Shown here: piece by piece, positions 39,805 through 49,393 of the stretch | Numbering within the stretch: position 1 is the stretch's first letter | Layout of the letters: each line of letters opens with the position of its first letter | Assembly: GCA_023267045.1 (NCBI GenBank) | Contig: JAHFOB010000001.1 | Span: 9,593-73,592 of the forward strand | DNA length: 64,000 nt | Source: Candidatus Zambryskiibacteriota bacterium | Lineage (GTDB): Bacteria > Patescibacteriota > Minisyncoccia > Phycocordibacterales > DATDWN01 | Direction: 5' to 3' | Notes under the pieces: model-generated | Told to the model about the DNA's origin: nothing | Databases searched by the model: none | What the model saw: the letters and a program-made list of their open reading frames with translations, nothing else | Position numbers and translations under genes: made by a program

Positions 39805-42015
39805 GTGTATAGAAAGTTTGTTGGTATACTACTTGTTGTTATGCAAATGACAAAAAATGTAATTAAATATCTAGTTTTGGCAGGACTTTTTGCTGTACCG
39901 TTTATTGTATTTATCATTCCGAGTGGCATGTTTTTTCCTTTTATTTCGGGAAAAGGTTTTACCTTTAGGATTATTATAGAAATAATATTTGGGGCGTTTG
40001 TTGTTTTGGCTTTTTTGGATGCACAATATCGTCCAAAATTTTCATGGATTACAAAATCAGTTCTATTTTTCACTCTGGCTATTCTAGTTGCTGATTTATT
40101 TAGTGTAAATTCTTACAAAAGTTTATGGAGTAACTACGAGCGTATGGAAGGTTTTGTTTTGATCGCTCATTTAGCTTTGTATTATATCGTTGCTTCTTCC
40201 GTGTTTAGAAATCTTAAAAATTGGAATACCTTTTTCAATGTTTCAATCATTTCTAGCGTTCTCTTGTCTTTCTATGGAGTTTTACAATTAGCTCGAAAAA
40301 TTACTATCAATCAAGGGGGAGTTCGTGTCGATGGAACATTTGGAAATGCTACATATTTTGCAATTTATCTAGTCATTCACATTTTCCTTTGCCTATATAT
40401 GTTAGTTGATTCTAGTAAGCCAAAATGGCAGAAATGGCTATACGGTCTCATCGCCTTATTTGAAGCAGTTATACTATATTACACAGCAACAAGAGGAGCT
40501 ATCCTTGGTCTTATTGGCGGGCTTGTACTTGCAGCAATACTTATAGTTTGGAAAGAAAAAGAAAATCTGTTACTTAAAAAAATAAGTTATGGGGTTATTA
40601 TTTTTATAGTCATTTTTAGTGGGTTGTTTGTATCTTTGAGGAATACATCTTTTGTAAAAAATAGCCCCGTTCTTTCAAGATTTTCTTCTCTTGGTCCAGA
40701 GGAGTTAAAAACCCAAGGACGATATTTTGTCTGGCCAATGGCAATAAAAGGATTTTTGGAAAAACCAATATTAGGTTGGGGGCAGGAGAGTTTCAACTTT
40801 GTTTTCAATAAATATTATGACCCACGAATGTACAATCAAGAGCAGTGGTTTGACCGAACACACGATGTATTTTTAGACTGGCTTATTGCCGGTGGATTAG
40901 TTGGTTTTTTGGCCTACGCAAGTATGTATTTTGCCTTATTTTATTACATCTGGCGAAAGAAAAGTACATTATCTATTCCTGCCAAAAGTGTTTTAACTGG
41001 AATGATTTCAGCATATATATTTCACAATATATTCGTTTTCGACAATCTTATAAGCTACATATTATTCTTCTCAATTCTGGCTTTCGTTCATTCTATTAGT
41101 TCGGAAAATGAAGTTAGTACAAAAAAGTTTTACACAAAAATTTTTTCAAATGATGTAATACATTACATTGTTTTACCAGTTGCCGTTGTCGCCACATGCA
41201 CTGCAATATATTTTGTTAACGTTCCTGCAATAGAAGAAAACAAAGCTCTAATACAAGCCATAACCACCCAAGGTGATTTGGAAAAAAACTTTACATTGTT
41301 CAAAAAAGTTTTTGATTACAACTCATTCGGCAATTCAGAGGCGGTTGAACAACTACTCCAGGTCACTTCACAGATCTATTCTTCCCAAGCGCCAGATAGT
41401 GTAAAACAGGAGTTTTATGATTTTTCAAAAACAAAAATAGAAGAAAAGATTAATCAGACTCCAACAGATGCAAGATATCTAGTTTTTGCTGGGAGTTTCT
41501 TCAACCGTTTTGGCCAGTTTGATTTAGCTATACAGTATTTAGAGCGAGCAATAAAAGAATCTACAAATAAACAGACAATATATTTTGAACTTGGTTCTTC
41601 ATATCTTGGAAAAGGTGATAGAGCAAAGGCTTTTGAAACTTTCAAAAAAGCCTATGATCTCGAACCAGATTCACAAGAATCAAAAATTATTTATGCCGTC
41701 GGTGCTATATATACTCAAAATAATTCTGTTCTCAATCAAATAATTAAAACTATAGACCAAAATACTCTGATTGGGGATAACAGAATTATAAAAGCATACG
41801 CCGATATTGGGGACTACACTACAGTCATAAATATATTAAACGCTAGACTACAAAAAAATCCTACAGATAAAAATAATCGTCTGTCTTTAGCCTCCGTCTA
41901 TTCAACAATCGGGCAAAAACAAAAAGCTATAGATATTATTCAAGCAATGATAAAAGAGAATCCTAATTTCAAAGATGAAGGGGAAGGTTATATAAAACAA
42001 ATCCAATCTCAATAG
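39805..42015 (+). CDS. O-antigen ligase/polymerase-like (Wzy_C) membrane protein with C-terminal TPR repeats
   Basis: GTFGNATYFAIYLVIHIFLC ... TATRGAILGLIGG Wzy_C core, about eleven TM helices, and a C-terminal TPR-like helical repeat region. Confidence 0.55.
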   Translation: MYRKFVGILLVVMQMTKNVIKYLVLAGLFAVPFIVFIIPSGMFFPFISGKGFTFRIIIEIIFGAFVVLAFLDAQYRPKFSWITKSVLFFTLAILVADLFSVNSYKSLWSNYERMEGFVLIAHLALYYIVASSVFRNLKNWNTFFNVSIISSVLLSFYGVLQLARKITINQGGVRVDGTFGNATYFAIYLVIHIFLCLYMLVDSSKPKWQKWLYGLIALFEAVILYYTATRGAILGLIGGLVLAAILIVWKEKENLLLKKISYGVIIFIVIFSGLFVSLRNTSFVKNSPVLSRFSSLGPEELKTQGRYFVWPMAIKGFLEKPILGWGQESFNFVFNKYYDPRMYNQEQWFDRTHDVFLDWLIAGGLVGFLAYASMYFALFYYIWRKKSTLSIPAKSVLTGMISAYIFHNIFVFDNLISYILFFSILAFVHSISSENEVSTKKFYTKIFSNDVIHYIVLPVAVVATCTAIYFVNVPAIEENKALIQAITTQGDLEKNFTLFKKVFDYNSFGNSEAVEQLLQVTSQIYSSQAPDSVKQEFYDFSKTKIEEKINQTPTDARYLVFAGSFFNRFGQFDLAIQYLERAIKESTNKQTIYFELGSSYLGKGDRAKAFETFKKAYDLEPDSQESKIIYAVGAIYTQNNSVLNQIIKTIDQNTLIGDNRIIKAYADIGDYTTVINILNARLQKNPTDKNNRLSLASVYSTIGQKQKAIDIIQAMIKENPNFKDEGEGYIKQIQSQ

Positions 42016-42186
42016 TTTTCTTTTTTAAAAATTAAAAATTTTAAATTAAAAATTCTTTTTTGTCTCAAACAAAAAAGTTATCCACACTTTTGCTTAAAAA
42101 TAACATTTATTTATTTTTTCTGTACTATAATAAATTTAGGTCGTAAAATACTTTTAGTTTTATAAAAAATAATCTCACTAAATAAA

Positions 42187-42258
42187 ATGAAGAAAAAAAT
42201 GAAAAAAGTTGCAAAGAAAAAGAAAGCAACAAAGAAAAAATCAAAGAAAAGAAGATAA
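42187..42258 (+). CDS. Micro-ORF encoding a 23-aa poly-lysine peptide (MKKKMKKVAKKKKATKKKSKKRR)
   Basis: ATG..TAA ORF in an A-rich intergenic region, followed 15 nt later by a perfect terminator hairpin. It could equally be chance in A-rich DNA. Confidence 0.15.
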   Translation: MKKKMKKVAKKKKATKKKSKKRR

Positions 42259-42273
42259 ATAAATTACTTTTCC

Positions 42274-42299
42274 AAAAATCCGCCATCGTGCGGATTTTT
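42274..42299. terminator. Rho-independent terminator hairpin AAAAATCCGC-catcgt-GCGGATTTTT, potentially bidirectional
   Basis: Perfect 10-bp stem with T/A runs on both sides. Confidence 0.5.
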
Positions 42300-42325
42300 G
42301 TTTCCCAGTAGTAGAGTTTTGGTGT

Positions 42326-42457
42326 TGCACAGATTACCGTGCGTATGAAATGACACCAAACTCACTACCGGGTTTGCCCCGTAGTGAAGTTGGCATTATG
42401 TGTATCACGCAGGGTAATCCCTGCCATGACAACTTCTACTACCGGGGTTTTTGTGTT
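42326..42457 (+). promoter_or_regulatory. Structured secA 5' leader: hairpin GTTTTGGTGT...ACACCAAAC, then a long terminator/attenuator-like hairpin CCCCGTAGTGAAG...CTTCTACTACCGGGG followed by a T-tract
   Basis: Inverted repeats read directly. TTTTTGTGTT immediately follows the second stem, and the secA ATG at 42474 follows. Confidence 0.35.
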
Positions 42458-42473
42458 AAAATATCCTCTATCT

Positions 42474-45038
42474 ATGTCAATTTTGACCAAGATATTTGGT
42501 GATGAATCAAGTAAGACTTTGAAGGAGATTCAGCCTTTAATTGTCAAAATAAACGCTCTAGAGAGCGTTATTTCTGGTTTGTCAGACGCAGAACTTAAAG
42601 ATAAAACTACAGAATTTAAAAAAAGATTGTCTTCCGGAGAAACTCTTGAAGATATTTTGCCAGAGGCTTTTGCTGTCGTTCGAGAAGCGTCAAAAAGATG
42701 TCGTGATCAAAGACATTTTGATGTTCAACTTTTGGGAGGAATTATCCTTCATCATGGCGAAATTGCTGAAATGAAAACTGGAGAAGGAAAAACTTTGGTG
42801 GCAACTCTTCCAGCTTATCTAAACTCACTGACTGGAAAAGGAGTTCATGTTGTAACTGTAAATGATTATCTTTCTCGGCGTGATGCCGTTTGGATGGGAG
42901 AGATTTATTCTTTTCTAGGAATTTCTGTTGGGGTTATAAATCATGATGAATCTTTTTTGTATGATCCAACTCATACCAAAGAATATGAACAGCTTGATAA
43001 AAAAAGAGATGAAGTAGGTTCTTTCAAAGTGGTCAATGAATTTCTCCGACCAGTTACTCGGCGTGAGGCATATCAAGCTGATATTACTTATGGAACAAAC
43101 AATGAGTTTGGTTTCGACTATTTACGTGACAATATTGAATATGAAGAGTCACGATTGCGTCAGCGTGAACCAAACTACGCTATTGTTGACGAAATCGACT
43201 CAATATTAATTGACGAAGCAAGAACTCCACTGATTATTTCTGCACCGACGTCAGAATCAGAGGATTTGTATAATACTTTTGCTCAAATTGCTACCAAACT
43301 AGAGAAAGGCGAGCACTATACTGTAGATGAAAAGTTTAAAAGTATTGCCTTAACTGACTCTGGAATAACCAAAGCTGAGGAACTTTTGGGTGTGGAAAAT
43401 ATATATACAGAGAAAGGAATAAAATATGTTCATCATTTGGAAACTGCTGTCAGAGCGGCGGCACATTTTCATAAGGATAAAGAATATGTTGTAAAAGATG
43501 GAGAGATCATTATTGTTGATGAATTTACCGGACGACTGCAGCCAGGTCGTAGATGGTCCGAAGGCTTGCACCAAGCCATAGAAGCAAAAGAACATGTGCC
43601 AATACAGAAAGAATCAAAAACTTTTGCTTCTGTTACATTCCAAAATTATTTCCGTTTGTATAAAAAACTTTCTGGTATGACTGGAACAGCTCAAACTTCA
43701 TCCGAAGAGTTTTACAAAGTTTACGGTCTCCACGTTATCTCGATTCCGACAAACAAGATTACCGCACGTCTTGATCACAACGATCTTATATTTCAAACCG
43801 AAAATGGAAAGTTCAAGGCAATTGCTCGAGAAGTAAAGTTACGTCACGCAAATGGCCAGCCTGTTTTGATTGGAACAGTTTCGATAGAAAAAAATGAAAT
43901 GCTTTCTGAATATTTGAAAGCTGAAGGCGTTCCGCACGAGATATTAAATGCCAAAAATCACGGAAGAGAAGGAGAGATTATTGCTCAAGCAGGCAGACCA
44001 TCTGCTGTAACTATTGCTACAAACATGGCAGGACGAGGAGTGGACGTAAAGCTCGGTGGAAATCCCGGAAGTATAGATGCCTACGAAAAAGTTAAATCTG
44101 TCAGTGGACTTTTTGTTCTTGGTACGGAGCGACATGATGCACGCAGAATAGACAATCAGCTTCGAGGACGATCTGGTAGACAAGGTGATCCGGGTGAAAC
44201 ACAGTTTTTCGTTTCTCTAGATGATCATTTGATGCGTGTTTTTGGCGGAGATTCAATAAAAAATATGATGGGTCGGCTTGGTATAAAAGAAGATGAGCCG
44301 ATAGAAAACCGTTTGATCACGCGTTCTCTTGAAAGTGCTCAAGAAAAAATAGAAGGACTTAATTTTGACGCACGAAAACATGTTTTGGAATTTGACGATG
44401 TTCTAAATTTTCAAAGAAAAATAATGTATGGAAGACGTAGAGAAATATTGATTGGCAATAGTCAGACTATAAAATCGTACGTTAATGAACTTTTGCAAAA
44501 CGCCGAAGAAAAAGATAGAAAAATCGTGGAAGATAAGTTGCAAAATATTGATCAAAATTACACAAATGCTCTTCGTGGAGCAATACTTCAGGCAATGGAC
44601 ATGTACTGGGTTGAGCACCTAGAAGTAATGGACTACATGAGATCTTCTGTAAACTTGCGCGCATACGGTCAACGTGATCCACTGGTCGAATACAAACGTG
44701 AAGGCTTGAAACTTTTCAAAGAAATGGAGATTTCTATTGGTAACGAGATTTTGAAATTGATTCCACAAATACAATCTAATAAAGTTTTTCTTGATACGCC
44801 AACTAAACTAGTGGAAACAAGACAGGATGCTGAAGCGCTTACGGCAGAAGCGCCAAAGGCCTCTGAATCCAGCAGAACTCCAGATGGTCACCCCAGTAGC
44901 AGAGCACAGCACGCTACAGGGCAAGGAAAAATTGGCAGAAATGATCCGTGTTTCTGCGGAGCGATTAATCCAGAAACAGGTAAAGTTTATAAATACAAAC
45001 AATGTGGTATGATTAACGCGCCTTATCACAAAAGTTAG
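42474..45038 (+). CDS. secA: Preprotein translocase ATPase SecA
   Basis: Clear SecA motifs: Walker A MKTGEGKT, DEAD-like IVDEIDSILIDEARTPLIIS, helicase motifs, and the C-terminal RNDPCFCG...KQCG zinc-finger-like tail. MSILTKIFG at 42474 is the conserved SecA N-terminus. The track start at 42384 is an upstream in-frame extension. Confidence 0.9.
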   Translation: MSILTKIFGDESSKTLKEIQPLIVKINALESVISGLSDAELKDKTTEFKKRLSSGETLEDILPEAFAVVREASKRCRDQRHFDVQLLGGIILHHGEIAEMKTGEGKTLVATLPAYLNSLTGKGVHVVTVNDYLSRRDAVWMGEIYSFLGISVGVINHDESFLYDPTHTKEYEQLDKKRDEVGSFKVVNEFLRPVTRREAYQADITYGTNNEFGFDYLRDNIEYEESRLRQREPNYAIVDEIDSILIDEARTPLIISAPTSESEDLYNTFAQIATKLEKGEHYTVDEKFKSIALTDSGITKAEELLGVENIYTEKGIKYVHHLETAVRAAAHFHKDKEYVVKDGEIIIVDEFTGRLQPGRRWSEGLHQAIEAKEHVPIQKESKTFASVTFQNYFRLYKKLSGMTGTAQTSSEEFYKVYGLHVISIPTNKITARLDHNDLIFQTENGKFKAIAREVKLRHANGQPVLIGTVSIEKNEMLSEYLKAEGVPHEILNAKNHGREGEIIAQAGRPSAVTIATNMAGRGVDVKLGGNPGSIDAYEKVKSVSGLFVLGTERHDARRIDNQLRGRSGRQGDPGETQFFVSLDDHLMRVFGGDSIKNMMGRLGIKEDEPIENRLITRSLESAQEKIEGLNFDARKHVLEFDDVLNFQRKIMYGRRREILIGNSQTIKSYVNELLQNAEEKDRKIVEDKLQNIDQNYTNALRGAILQAMDMYWVEHLEVMDYMRSSVNLRAYGQRDPLVEYKREGLKLFKEMEISIGNEILKLIPQIQSNKVFLDTPTKLVETRQDAEALTAEAPKASESSRTPDGHPSSRAQHATGQGKIGRNDPCFCGAINPETGKVYKYKQCGMINAPYHKS

Positions 45039-45182
45039 CGAAGTCCTGTACCGAGCTTCTTGCCGTGTACTGAACTTTGTTCTAGTACTGCGGTGCTCTG
45101 GTACTGGGGTGGTTCAGGAAAGAAGTATAAAAAGTGCGGTGAATTGAATACGGAAGAGCATCAGAAGAGGATGGTAAAGTAG
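45039..45182 (+). other. In-frame 47-codon open extension after the secA TAG stop, encoding a second SecA-type C-terminal tail (…PCTELC…GSGKKYKKCGELN…)
   Basis: Codon-by-codon read from TAG 45036-45038 to the next stop TAG 45180-45182. GSGKKYKKC matches the canonical SecA C-terminal metal-binding motif. Confidence 0.4.
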
Positions 45183-45209
45183 AAACTGAAAGATAATGCA
45201 TAGTTTGCT

Positions 45210-45238
45210 TTGACAATAATACCCCTAGGGGGTATCAT
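45210..45238 (+). promoter_or_regulatory. Copper-operon promoter with a CsoR operator palindrome ATACCCCTAGGGGGTAT in the spacer
   Basis: TTGACA (45210-45215), 17-bp spacer, then TATCAT (45233-45238). The perfect 17-bp palindrome at 45219-45235 resembles known CsoR boxes (TACCC-N-GGGTA). Confidence 0.6.
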
Positions 45239-45247
45239 TGTCTGTAT

Positions 45248-45514
45248 ATGAAAATAGATATAAAAAATAAAGCTATTAAGCGTTTGAAAATTGCTGAAGG
45301 ACAAATAAGAGGAGTTCAATCTATGGTTACTAATGAGAAGTATTGTATAGATATTATTACTCAAGTTTCTGCCATAAAAGAAGCTTTGTCAGGTATTGAA
45401 GATTTAATTTTGGAAAATCACATATCTACACACGTAGTTCACCAAATAAAGCATGGTAATGAAAAGAAAGCTACGGAAGAGATTCTAAAAGTCTATAAAC
45501 TCAAAAGAAAATAA
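45248..45514 (+). CDS. csoR: CsoR/RcnR-family metal-sensing transcriptional repressor
   Basis: RLKIAEGQIRGVQSMV...YCIDIITQVSAIKEAL matches the CsoR (DUF156) signature, including the Cys and His ligand positions. Confidence 0.7.
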   Translation: MKIDIKNKAIKRLKIAEGQIRGVQSMVTNEKYCIDIITQVSAIKEALSGIEDLILENHISTHVVHQIKHGNEKKATEEILKVYKLKRK

Positions 45515-45515
45515 T

Positions 45516-47852
45516 ATGAGCAATACTAAAACTTATAAAGTTAAGGGTATGCATTGTGCATCATGCGCAAGTATTATCGAAAAAATATTCAAAAAAACTC
45601 CAGGTGTTCATAACGCAGAAGTAAATTATGCCACCGAGACTGCAAAGGTTTCTTTTGATGAATCCAAAACAAATCCACTCCATCTCTCTAAAAAAATCGA
45701 ACCACTCGGATATTCTTTAAACATCCCAACGGCACAATCAATGCATATGTCAGAGAGTGAACATGTGGCACATTTAGGCCTCAACCAATCAAAAGCTGAG
45801 AAACTTTCTGAACTTAAAGATATGAGGATAAAAGTTTTGTCTGCTTTACCTCTTGCAGTATTTAGTATTTTTATAATGGGCTGGGACACTTTGATTCAAT
45901 TCAAGACAGTCCCAGAAATGCCTATTATATGGAATGAGTTTTTTCATCATTTATTGCCTATATTTGCCACTTACACACTTTTTATTGTTGGTAAACCATA
46001 TTTATTGGGGTTTTATCGCTTTGTACGTTTTGGAAAAGCAAATATGGATACTCTTATTGGTATCGGTACTTCCGTAGCTTTTCTTTATAGTTTTGTAGTA
46101 ACTGCTTTTCAGGAGACTTTGAAACCTTTCATAAATGTAAATCAAACATATTACGATGTAACAATTGTTGTCATTACTTTTATTGCTCTTGGTAAATATC
46201 TTGAGACAAGATCAAAACTTAAAACTGGTGATGCCATAGAGAAACTCCTTAATCTACAGGCCAAGACAGCTTTGGTGGTGAGAGACCAAAAAGAAATCGA
46301 GATTCCAATTGGCCAAGTTGTTCATGGAGATTTGATTATTGTAAAACCAGCGGCTCTAATACCAGTAGATGGTGTTATAACCGAAGGGTCATCATACGTT
46401 GATGAATCAATGCTCACAGGAGAGTCTATGCCGATAGGAAAGAACATTGGAGACAATGTGATTTCTGGAACAATGAATACATCTGGCTCGTTTACTTTCA
46501 AAGCTACAAAAGTCGGTTCGGAAACTATGCTAGCTCGTATAGTAAAAATGGTAGAAGAAGCGCAAGGAAGTCGCGCTCCAATACAAGCACTGGCTGATAA
46601 AATATCTAGCATATTTGTACCTATCGTTTTGGCACTTTCTTTTGTTTCTTTGAGTGCATGGTTATTTATTGGGACATCATATTTCGGTTTCTCACAAGCT
46701 CTTTCGTTAGGCCTAGTATCATTTGTCGGCATTCTTGTCATAGCTTGTCCTTGCGCTCTTGGACTTGCCACTCCTACAGCAATTATTGTTGGAGTAGGTA
46801 AGGGAGCGAAAGAGGGCATTTTGATTAAAGATGCTGGTACATTAGAGAAACTTGGAAAGGTTGATATCGTGGTTGTAGATAAAACAGGGACGTTGACCAA
46901 AGGAAAACCTGAACTTGTATCAATCAAAAATTTTTCCCGAGGGGAAAATAATTTAAATGACGATGAGCTTGTTACTATTTTAGCTTCGTTAGAAAAAAAA
47001 TCAGAACATCCAATTGCTCTGGCTATTATTTCTTCAGCAAAGGAAAAAGAACTTCCTATTTATTCTGTGGAAAAATTTGAGGCAATTAAAGGTAAGGGTT
47101 TGAAAGGGATTATTAATAATGTTCAGTATTTTGTCGGTAATGCAAAACTTGTCAAAGATCTGGGCATTTCGTTTGATACAGAGTCATTTGTAAAAGATAC
47201 TAAGGAAGGCAAAACTCCTGTTATTTTAGCAACAAAAGAAAAAGTACTCGGGATCGCATATGTGGCAGACACAATCAAGACTGAAACAAAAGATGCAATA
47301 GTAAATCTCCATAAACTTGGAATAAAAATAGTCATGCTTACAGGGGACGATAGAAATACTGCGGAGTTTATTGCAAAACAAATCGGTATTGACGTTCGTC
47401 CCGAGTCCTCAGCCCCGAGGGATGAAGTAGTGGCAGAAGTTATGCCTGAAGACAAACTTAACAAAATAAAAGAATTACAATCAGAAGGAAAAATCGTGGC
47501 CATGGTTGGAGATGGAGTAAATGACGCGCCAGCTCTTGCTCAAGCTGATGTTGGTATCGCTATGTCAACGGGGATTGATGTTGCCATTGAAAGCGCTGGT
47601 ATTACACTCTTGCATGGAGATATCTCAAAACTTGTAAAAGCAATAAAACTTTCAAGGATAACAATGCGAGGTATTAAACAAAATCTTTTCTGGGCTTTTG
47701 CCTATAACATCATAGGCATTCCGCTTGCAGGAGGATTGTTTTATCCAATTTTCGGTTGGCTACTTTCTCCAGTTTTTGCTGGCTTTGCAATGGCCATGTC
47801 CAGTGTTTCGGTCGTATCAAATTCACTCCGTATTAAAGCTAAAAAAATATAA
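45516..47852 (+). CDS. copA: Copper-translocating P1B-type ATPase
   Basis: N-terminal HMA GMHCASCA; CPC motif (IACPCALGLATP); phosphorylation motif DKTGTLT; the HP motif region; and the hinge GDGVNDAPAL. Confidence 0.9.
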   Translation: MSNTKTYKVKGMHCASCASIIEKIFKKTPGVHNAEVNYATETAKVSFDESKTNPLHLSKKIEPLGYSLNIPTAQSMHMSESEHVAHLGLNQSKAEKLSELKDMRIKVLSALPLAVFSIFIMGWDTLIQFKTVPEMPIIWNEFFHHLLPIFATYTLFIVGKPYLLGFYRFVRFGKANMDTLIGIGTSVAFLYSFVVTAFQETLKPFINVNQTYYDVTIVVITFIALGKYLETRSKLKTGDAIEKLLNLQAKTALVVRDQKEIEIPIGQVVHGDLIIVKPAALIPVDGVITEGSSYVDESMLTGESMPIGKNIGDNVISGTMNTSGSFTFKATKVGSETMLARIVKMVEEAQGSRAPIQALADKISSIFVPIVLALSFVSLSAWLFIGTSYFGFSQALSLGLVSFVGILVIACPCALGLATPTAIIVGVGKGAKEGILIKDAGTLEKLGKVDIVVVDKTGTLTKGKPELVSIKNFSRGENNLNDDELVTILASLEKKSEHPIALAIISSAKEKELPIYSVEKFEAIKGKGLKGIINNVQYFVGNAKLVKDLGISFDTESFVKDTKEGKTPVILATKEKVLGIAYVADTIKTETKDAIVNLHKLGIKIVMLTGDDRNTAEFIAKQIGIDVRPESSAPRDEVVAEVMPEDKLNKIKELQSEGKIVAMVGDGVNDAPALAQADVGIAMSTGIDVAIESAGITLLHGDISKLVKAIKLSRITMRGIKQNLFWAFAYNIIGIPLAGGLFYPIFGWLLSPVFAGFAMAMSSVSVVSNSLRIKAKKI

Positions 47853-47857
47853 CCGCT

Positions 47858-48904
47858 ATGAGCACACACGATGAAAATAATTTACTAAAGACTTACACAT
47901 TTCACGTTAGTGGTATGCATTGTAATGCTTGCATATTAATCACCGAAAGTGAATTAGAAGAAGTACCTTATGTTACAAAAGCAAAGTCTAGTCTCAAGAA
48001 TCATTCAGTAGAAATAACTGGGAACTTTGGTAGCAAAGAAAAAACTTTGATCGCCGAAGAACTAACACAAGTTTTAATTAAGCACGGATACAGTCTTTCT
48101 GTAGAGAAACAAATAAAAACAAAAAATTGGTCAGATTTTAAAATTGCTATTCCAATTACTTTCGGTTTTGCTGTTTTGTTTGTGATTCTTCAAAAAATAG
48201 GTTTGGTAAATCTAGTTGGTGGCGGAAATGTATCATACGGAACAGCGTTTGTTATTGGAATTATTGCTTCTCTTTCTACTTGCATGGCTGTGGTTGGTGG
48301 ACTTCTATTATCAATGTCGGCAACATTTGCAAAAGAGGGAGATAAAATAAAACCTCAACTCCTTTTTCATGGCGGCCGCATTGTTTCTTTCTTTGTTCTC
48401 GGAGGTGTAATAGGTGCTATTGGATCTGCATTTACTCTGAATACGGAAATGACGTTTATGCTTAGTGTAATTATTGGGGTCGTCATGCTTATTCTTGGTG
48501 TAAATCTTCTCGACACATTTCACTTTGCTAAAAGATTACAACCTAGTATGCCCAAGTTTCTTTCCAAACACGCTCTCGGTATATCAAAATTTAACCACAC
48601 ACTTACTCCACTTTTTGTCGGTATTGCAACATTCTTTTTGCCTTGTGGTTTTACTCAATCAATGCAGTTGTATACTCTTACGACAGGAAGTTTTATAGAA
48701 GGCGGACTAACTATGCTGGCTTTCGCTGTTGGAACATTGCCAGTATTAGGTCTTATTAGTTTTAGTTCTTTCAGTATCAAAAATAGTTCTAAAGCAGGAG
48801 TTTTCTTCAAAACTGCTGGGCTTATTGTAATTATGTTTGCACTTTTTAATCTGATTAACAGTTTAGTAGTTATCGGTTTGATACCACCCATATTTAGTTT
48901 TTAG
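47858..48904 (+). CDS. HMA-domain protein fused to a polytopic membrane domain (CcdA/DsbD_2-like or permease-like)
   Basis: N-terminal GMHCNAC metal-binding domain, then about eight TM helices with paired conserved Cys (SLSTCMA...). Part of the copper cluster. Confidence 0.45.
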   Translation: MSTHDENNLLKTYTFHVSGMHCNACILITESELEEVPYVTKAKSSLKNHSVEITGNFGSKEKTLIAEELTQVLIKHGYSLSVEKQIKTKNWSDFKIAIPITFGFAVLFVILQKIGLVNLVGGGNVSYGTAFVIGIIASLSTCMAVVGGLLLSMSATFAKEGDKIKPQLLFHGGRIVSFFVLGGVIGAIGSAFTLNTEMTFMLSVIIGVVMLILGVNLLDTFHFAKRLQPSMPKFLSKHALGISKFNHTLTPLFVGIATFFLPCGFTQSMQLYTLTTGSFIEGGLTMLAFAVGTLPVLGLISFSSFSIKNSSKAGVFFKTAGLIVIMFALFNLINSLVVIGLIPPIFSF

Positions 48905-48916
48905 TATAATGAAAAT

Positions 48917-49309
48917 ATGAAATTAACTATCATCTCAGTCTTTATAGCTATTACACTAATTGGTGGGGCTATCGCACTCTCTGGTAATAATAAATCTGCA
49001 TCAACAAATAATATTCCCGCAAATAATGTAACCCTTAGTCAAGGAAAACAAATAATCGAAATTGATGTAAAGGGTGGTTATAATCCAACAAAAAGTTTTG
49101 CTAAAGCTGGCATGCCTACAGTTCTTAGGTTTATAACTAATGGTACTTTTGATTGCTCTTCATCAATTCGTATTCCGAGTTTAAATGTAACTAAAATACT
49201 TCCACAAACAGGGAATACTGATATAGATGTTGGCACTCCACAGCTTGGTATTCTTTCTGGGACTTGCGGTATGGGCATGTATCGATTCCAAATAGATTTT
49301 CAGAGTTAA
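48917..49309 (+). CDS. Secreted/anchored cupredoxin-like domain protein (copper-cluster associated)
   Basis: Signal/anchor helix, then a ~90-aa beta-rich domain with Cys/Met residues (CSSS...CGMGMY), resembling cupredoxin-like domains often encoded next to copA. Confidence 0.35.
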   Translation: MKLTIISVFIAITLIGGAIALSGNNKSASTNNIPANNVTLSQGKQIIEIDVKGGYNPTKSFAKAGMPTVLRFITNGTFDCSSSIRIPSLNVTKILPQTGNTDIDVGTPQLGILSGTCGMGMYRFQIDFQS

Positions 49310-49393
49310 TTTTGTAAAATTACCAAAAGGTTGATTTGACAGGTGTCTATTTGACATGTTAAAGTCAGGTTGGACTAGAAAAGGAGGTGGGGC

